From: an uncultured virus (IMG/VR IMGVR_UViG_3300020578_005267)
Lineage: Duplodnaviria; Heunggongvirae; Uroviricota; Caudoviricetes
DNA: 59,610 nucleotides
Direction: 5' to 3' (one strand)
IMG/VR virus record: IMGVR_UViG_3300020578_005267
Each line of letters begins with the position of its first letter. The first letter of the stretch is position 1. The notes beneath the pieces are model-generated. The model was not told the origin of the DNA. It worked only from the letters and a program-made list of their open reading frames with translations, and ran no database searches. Both the position numbers and the translations under genes were made by a program. This document shows, piece after piece, positions 57,410-59,610 of this stretch.

Positions 57410-59610
57410 ATGAAAAAAACAATCATGATGTCACTTTTATCCTTGTTCGTGACTCTCACATCTTTCGGGCAAATCACAACTTCTGCCCTGTCTGGTGTGG
57501 TGAAAAATGAAAAAGGAGATGCTTTAGTGGGAGCGTCAGTACACGTAGTTCACCAACCAACTGGTTCTGAATATCGTGCTACTACAAACAAAGTGGGTAT
57601 CTTCACCCTTCCTGCTGTGCGTCCTGGTGGTCCTTATGTGGTTCACGTCTCGAACGTGGGTTATAAAAAGGAAGAACTTATCGATATCAACACAAACCTT
57701 GGTATTACAACTACCTTGAATATTGTGTTGATTGAAGATGCTAAGGTCTTGTCCGAAGTAGTTGTTAGTACAAACAGAAACAACGTTTTCAGTAAGGACA
57801 GAACAGGTTCGTCTCAGCAGTTTGGTAGAAGGGAACTTACTTCTGTTCCCATCACTGGTGCGAGAACAATTGACGGAATCACAAAGTACAACCCGATGGG
57901 TGACGGTCGTTCATTCGGAGCTGCTGATAGCAGACTGAACAATTTCACTATTGACGGTTCTCAGTTCAACAATGGCTTCGGTCTTGGTTCTTCAGCTCAG
58001 GCTGGTGGTAGAACCGGTTCGACTGCAATCTCTTTGGATGCGATTGACCAACTTCAAATCAACGTAGCTCCATTTGACATTCGTCAGAGTGGTTTTGTTG
58101 GTGCGGGTATCAACGCTGTAACAAGAAGTGGTACTAACAAAGTTGAAGGTTCTTATTATCAGTTCAACAGAGACAACCAACGTTATGTTGGTAACAACGC
58201 AAAAGGAACAACTGTAACTGCATCCAAGTTCCAAGAAACAACAAGAGGTTTCAGATTAGGTGCTCCAATTATCAAAAACAAATTATTCATTTTTGGTAAC
58301 TACGAAACACTCGAAAAAACTGAACCTGGTACAACTTGGATTTCACAAGGTTCACCTTTGGCTGGTTCTCAAATCTCAAGAGTTTTGTATTCTGATATGA
58401 AAACTCTTTCAGATTTTATGAGAACAAATTTTAATTATGAGACGGGTCCTTGGGAAGGGTACAACAACTCAAATAAGTCTGAGAAATTTCTCGTGAGAGC
58501 AGATTGGAACATCAACGACAAACACAAATTGACAGCTCGTTATGTGTGGCACAACTCTGATGCGGAAATCAACATTTCCAATTCTCAGTCAGCAGGTGCT
58601 GGTAACAGAACCACACAATTTAACGCGATGTCTTTCAAGAATAGTGGTTATATCATAATGGATAACACACGTTCAAGTGTCTTGGAGTTGAATTCAAAGT
58701 TCTCCAACACTGTTCACAACAATTTGATTGTTGGTTATGACAAACAAATTGAAAATAGAGCATATTTGGCAAAGATGTTTCCAACTATTGACATAATGAA
58801 CGGTACCGCGACCTACACTTCGGTAGGTTTCGACCCATTCACACCAAGTAACAAGTTGGATTACAACACTTTCCACATTACAAATAACTTGACCAAGTTT
58901 ATGGACAAGCATACATTTGTGGCTGGTGTAAATTTTGAAAAATATCGTTCTAATAACTTATTCTATCCCGCTTCAAACGGTGTGTATATCTTCAATTCTC
59001 TTGCAGATTTTTACACAGCTGCTAATCAATCATTAACAAACGGTGGTAGACCTTCAACTCTTGCTCCTGCAAGATTCCAACTTCGCTATTCAGCACTTCC
59101 TGGTGGAATCGAACCATTGCAAGTTTTGAAAACATCTCGACTTGACCTTTATGTTCAGGATGAGTATCAGTACAACGCTAACTTGAAACTTACTGGTGGT
59201 TTGAGAGTAGCTGTTATTGGGTTCGAAAACACAGCACTCGAAAACAAAGCTGTTACAGCAATGACTTTCGCTGGTGGTGAGAAATTCAATACAAGTGTAT
59301 TACCAAAAACTCAGGTTCTTTTCGAACCAAGATTTGGTTTTAACTACAATCACAAAGGTCAGAATGATTTACAAGTAAGAGGTGGTTCAGGTGTATTCAC
59401 AGGAAGACCTCCTTATGTATTTGTATCTAATCAAGTGGGTAATAATGGTGTTTTGACAGGATTTATTGATGTATCAGGTCCGGCAGCTGCAAACTACGGT
59501 TTCACAGCTAACCCTAACCAATACTTTATCCCCTCTACACCAACGCTTCCTTCTACTTTTGACTTAGCTTTTACTGATCCTAACTACAAGTTCCCTCAAG
59601 TATGGAAATC
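57410..59610 (+). CDS. Oar-like TonB-dependent receptor with N-terminal carboxypeptidase-regulatory-like domain, 3'-truncated (missing from the ORF track)
   Basis: Manual translation: signal peptide MKKTIMMSLLSLFVTLTSFG|Q, LRPGGPY-like VRPGGPY, NNFTIDG..FNNGFGL, SLDAIDQ....APFDIRQSGFVGAGINAVTRSGTN; the same frame gives DPNYKFPQVWK at the window end. Confidence 0.85.
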   Translation, partial: MKKTIMMSLLSLFVTLTSFGQITTSALSGVVKNEKGDALVGASVHVVHQPTGSEYRATTNKVGIFTLPAVRPGGPYVVHVSNVGYKKEELIDINTNLGITTTLNIVLIEDAKVLSEVVVSTNRNNVFSKDRTGSSQQFGRRELTSVPITGARTIDGITKYNPMGDGRSFGAADSRLNNFTIDGSQFNNGFGLGSSAQAGGRTGSTAISLDAIDQLQINVAPFDIRQSGFVGAGINAVTRSGTNKVEGSYYQFNRDNQRYVGNNAKGTTVTASKFQETTRGFRLGAPIIKNKLFIFGNYETLEKTEPGTTWISQGSPLAGSQISRVLYSDMKTLSDFMRTNFNYETGPWEGYNNSNKSEKFLVRADWNINDKHKLTARYVWHNSDAEINISNSQSAGAGNRTTQFNAMSFKNSGYIIMDNTRSSVLELNSKFSNTVHNNLIVGYDKQIENRAYLAKMFPTIDIMNGTATYTSVGFDPFTPSNKLDYNTFHITNNLTKFMDKHTFVAGVNFEKYRSNNLFYPASNGVYIFNSLADFYTAANQSLTNGGRPSTLAPARFQLRYSALPGGIEPLQVLKTSRLDLYVQDEYQYNANLKLTGGLRVAVIGFENTALENKAVTAMTFAGGEKFNTSVLPKTQVLFEPRFGFNYNHKGQNDLQVRGGSGVFTGRPPYVFVSNQVGNNGVLTGFIDVSGPAAANYGFTANPNQYFIPSTPTLPSTFDLAFTDPNYKFPQVWK

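Noticed and set aside
1..59610. Alternative genetic code (stop-codon reassignment, known in some large phages)
   Set aside because: Code 11 gives dense, full-length genes, and TAA, TAG and TGA all terminate genes at sensible operon junctions

Overview
This window reads as part of a large, AT-rich, T4-like (jumbo) phage genome in the standard genetic code. The likely host is a Bacteroidota bacterium, based on a TTTG-N20-TAnnTTTG promoter, Shine-Dalgarno-free A-rich leaders, and Bacteroidota-type bS21, ClpC, tmRNA tag start and TonB-dependent receptor. Left to right it holds: (1) HtrL-like, GT25 and GT60 glycosyltransferases next to Thr/Pro-rich mucin-like LamG proteins and an S1 protease; (2) a ~14.6 kb operon of glycosyltransferases and nucleotide-sugar enzymes (UDP-glucose dehydrogenase, GDP-mannose 3,5-epimerase, GT10, GT11, FkbM) with dUTPase, exonuclease and PhoH, ending in a gp55-like sigma factor; (3) baseplate and other structural genes; (4) the head module (major capsid, scaffold, prohead protease, portal, large terminase) with an inverted bS21 gene inside; (5) a nucleotidyltransferase-M23-PG-binding-lysozyme-like fusion and a KTSC protein; (6) Hsp20, an N-domain-less ClpC, a metallopeptidase and a tmRNA with an unusually long 21-aa tag; (7) a truncated Oar-like TonB-dependent receptor that the ORF track missed. 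The best candidate novel systems are a mucin-type virion O-glycosylation pathway, a TATTTATA late-gene element paired with the phage sigma factor, and a phage tmRNA/Clp proteolysis module. All family calls come from motif recognition by eye; no searches were run.
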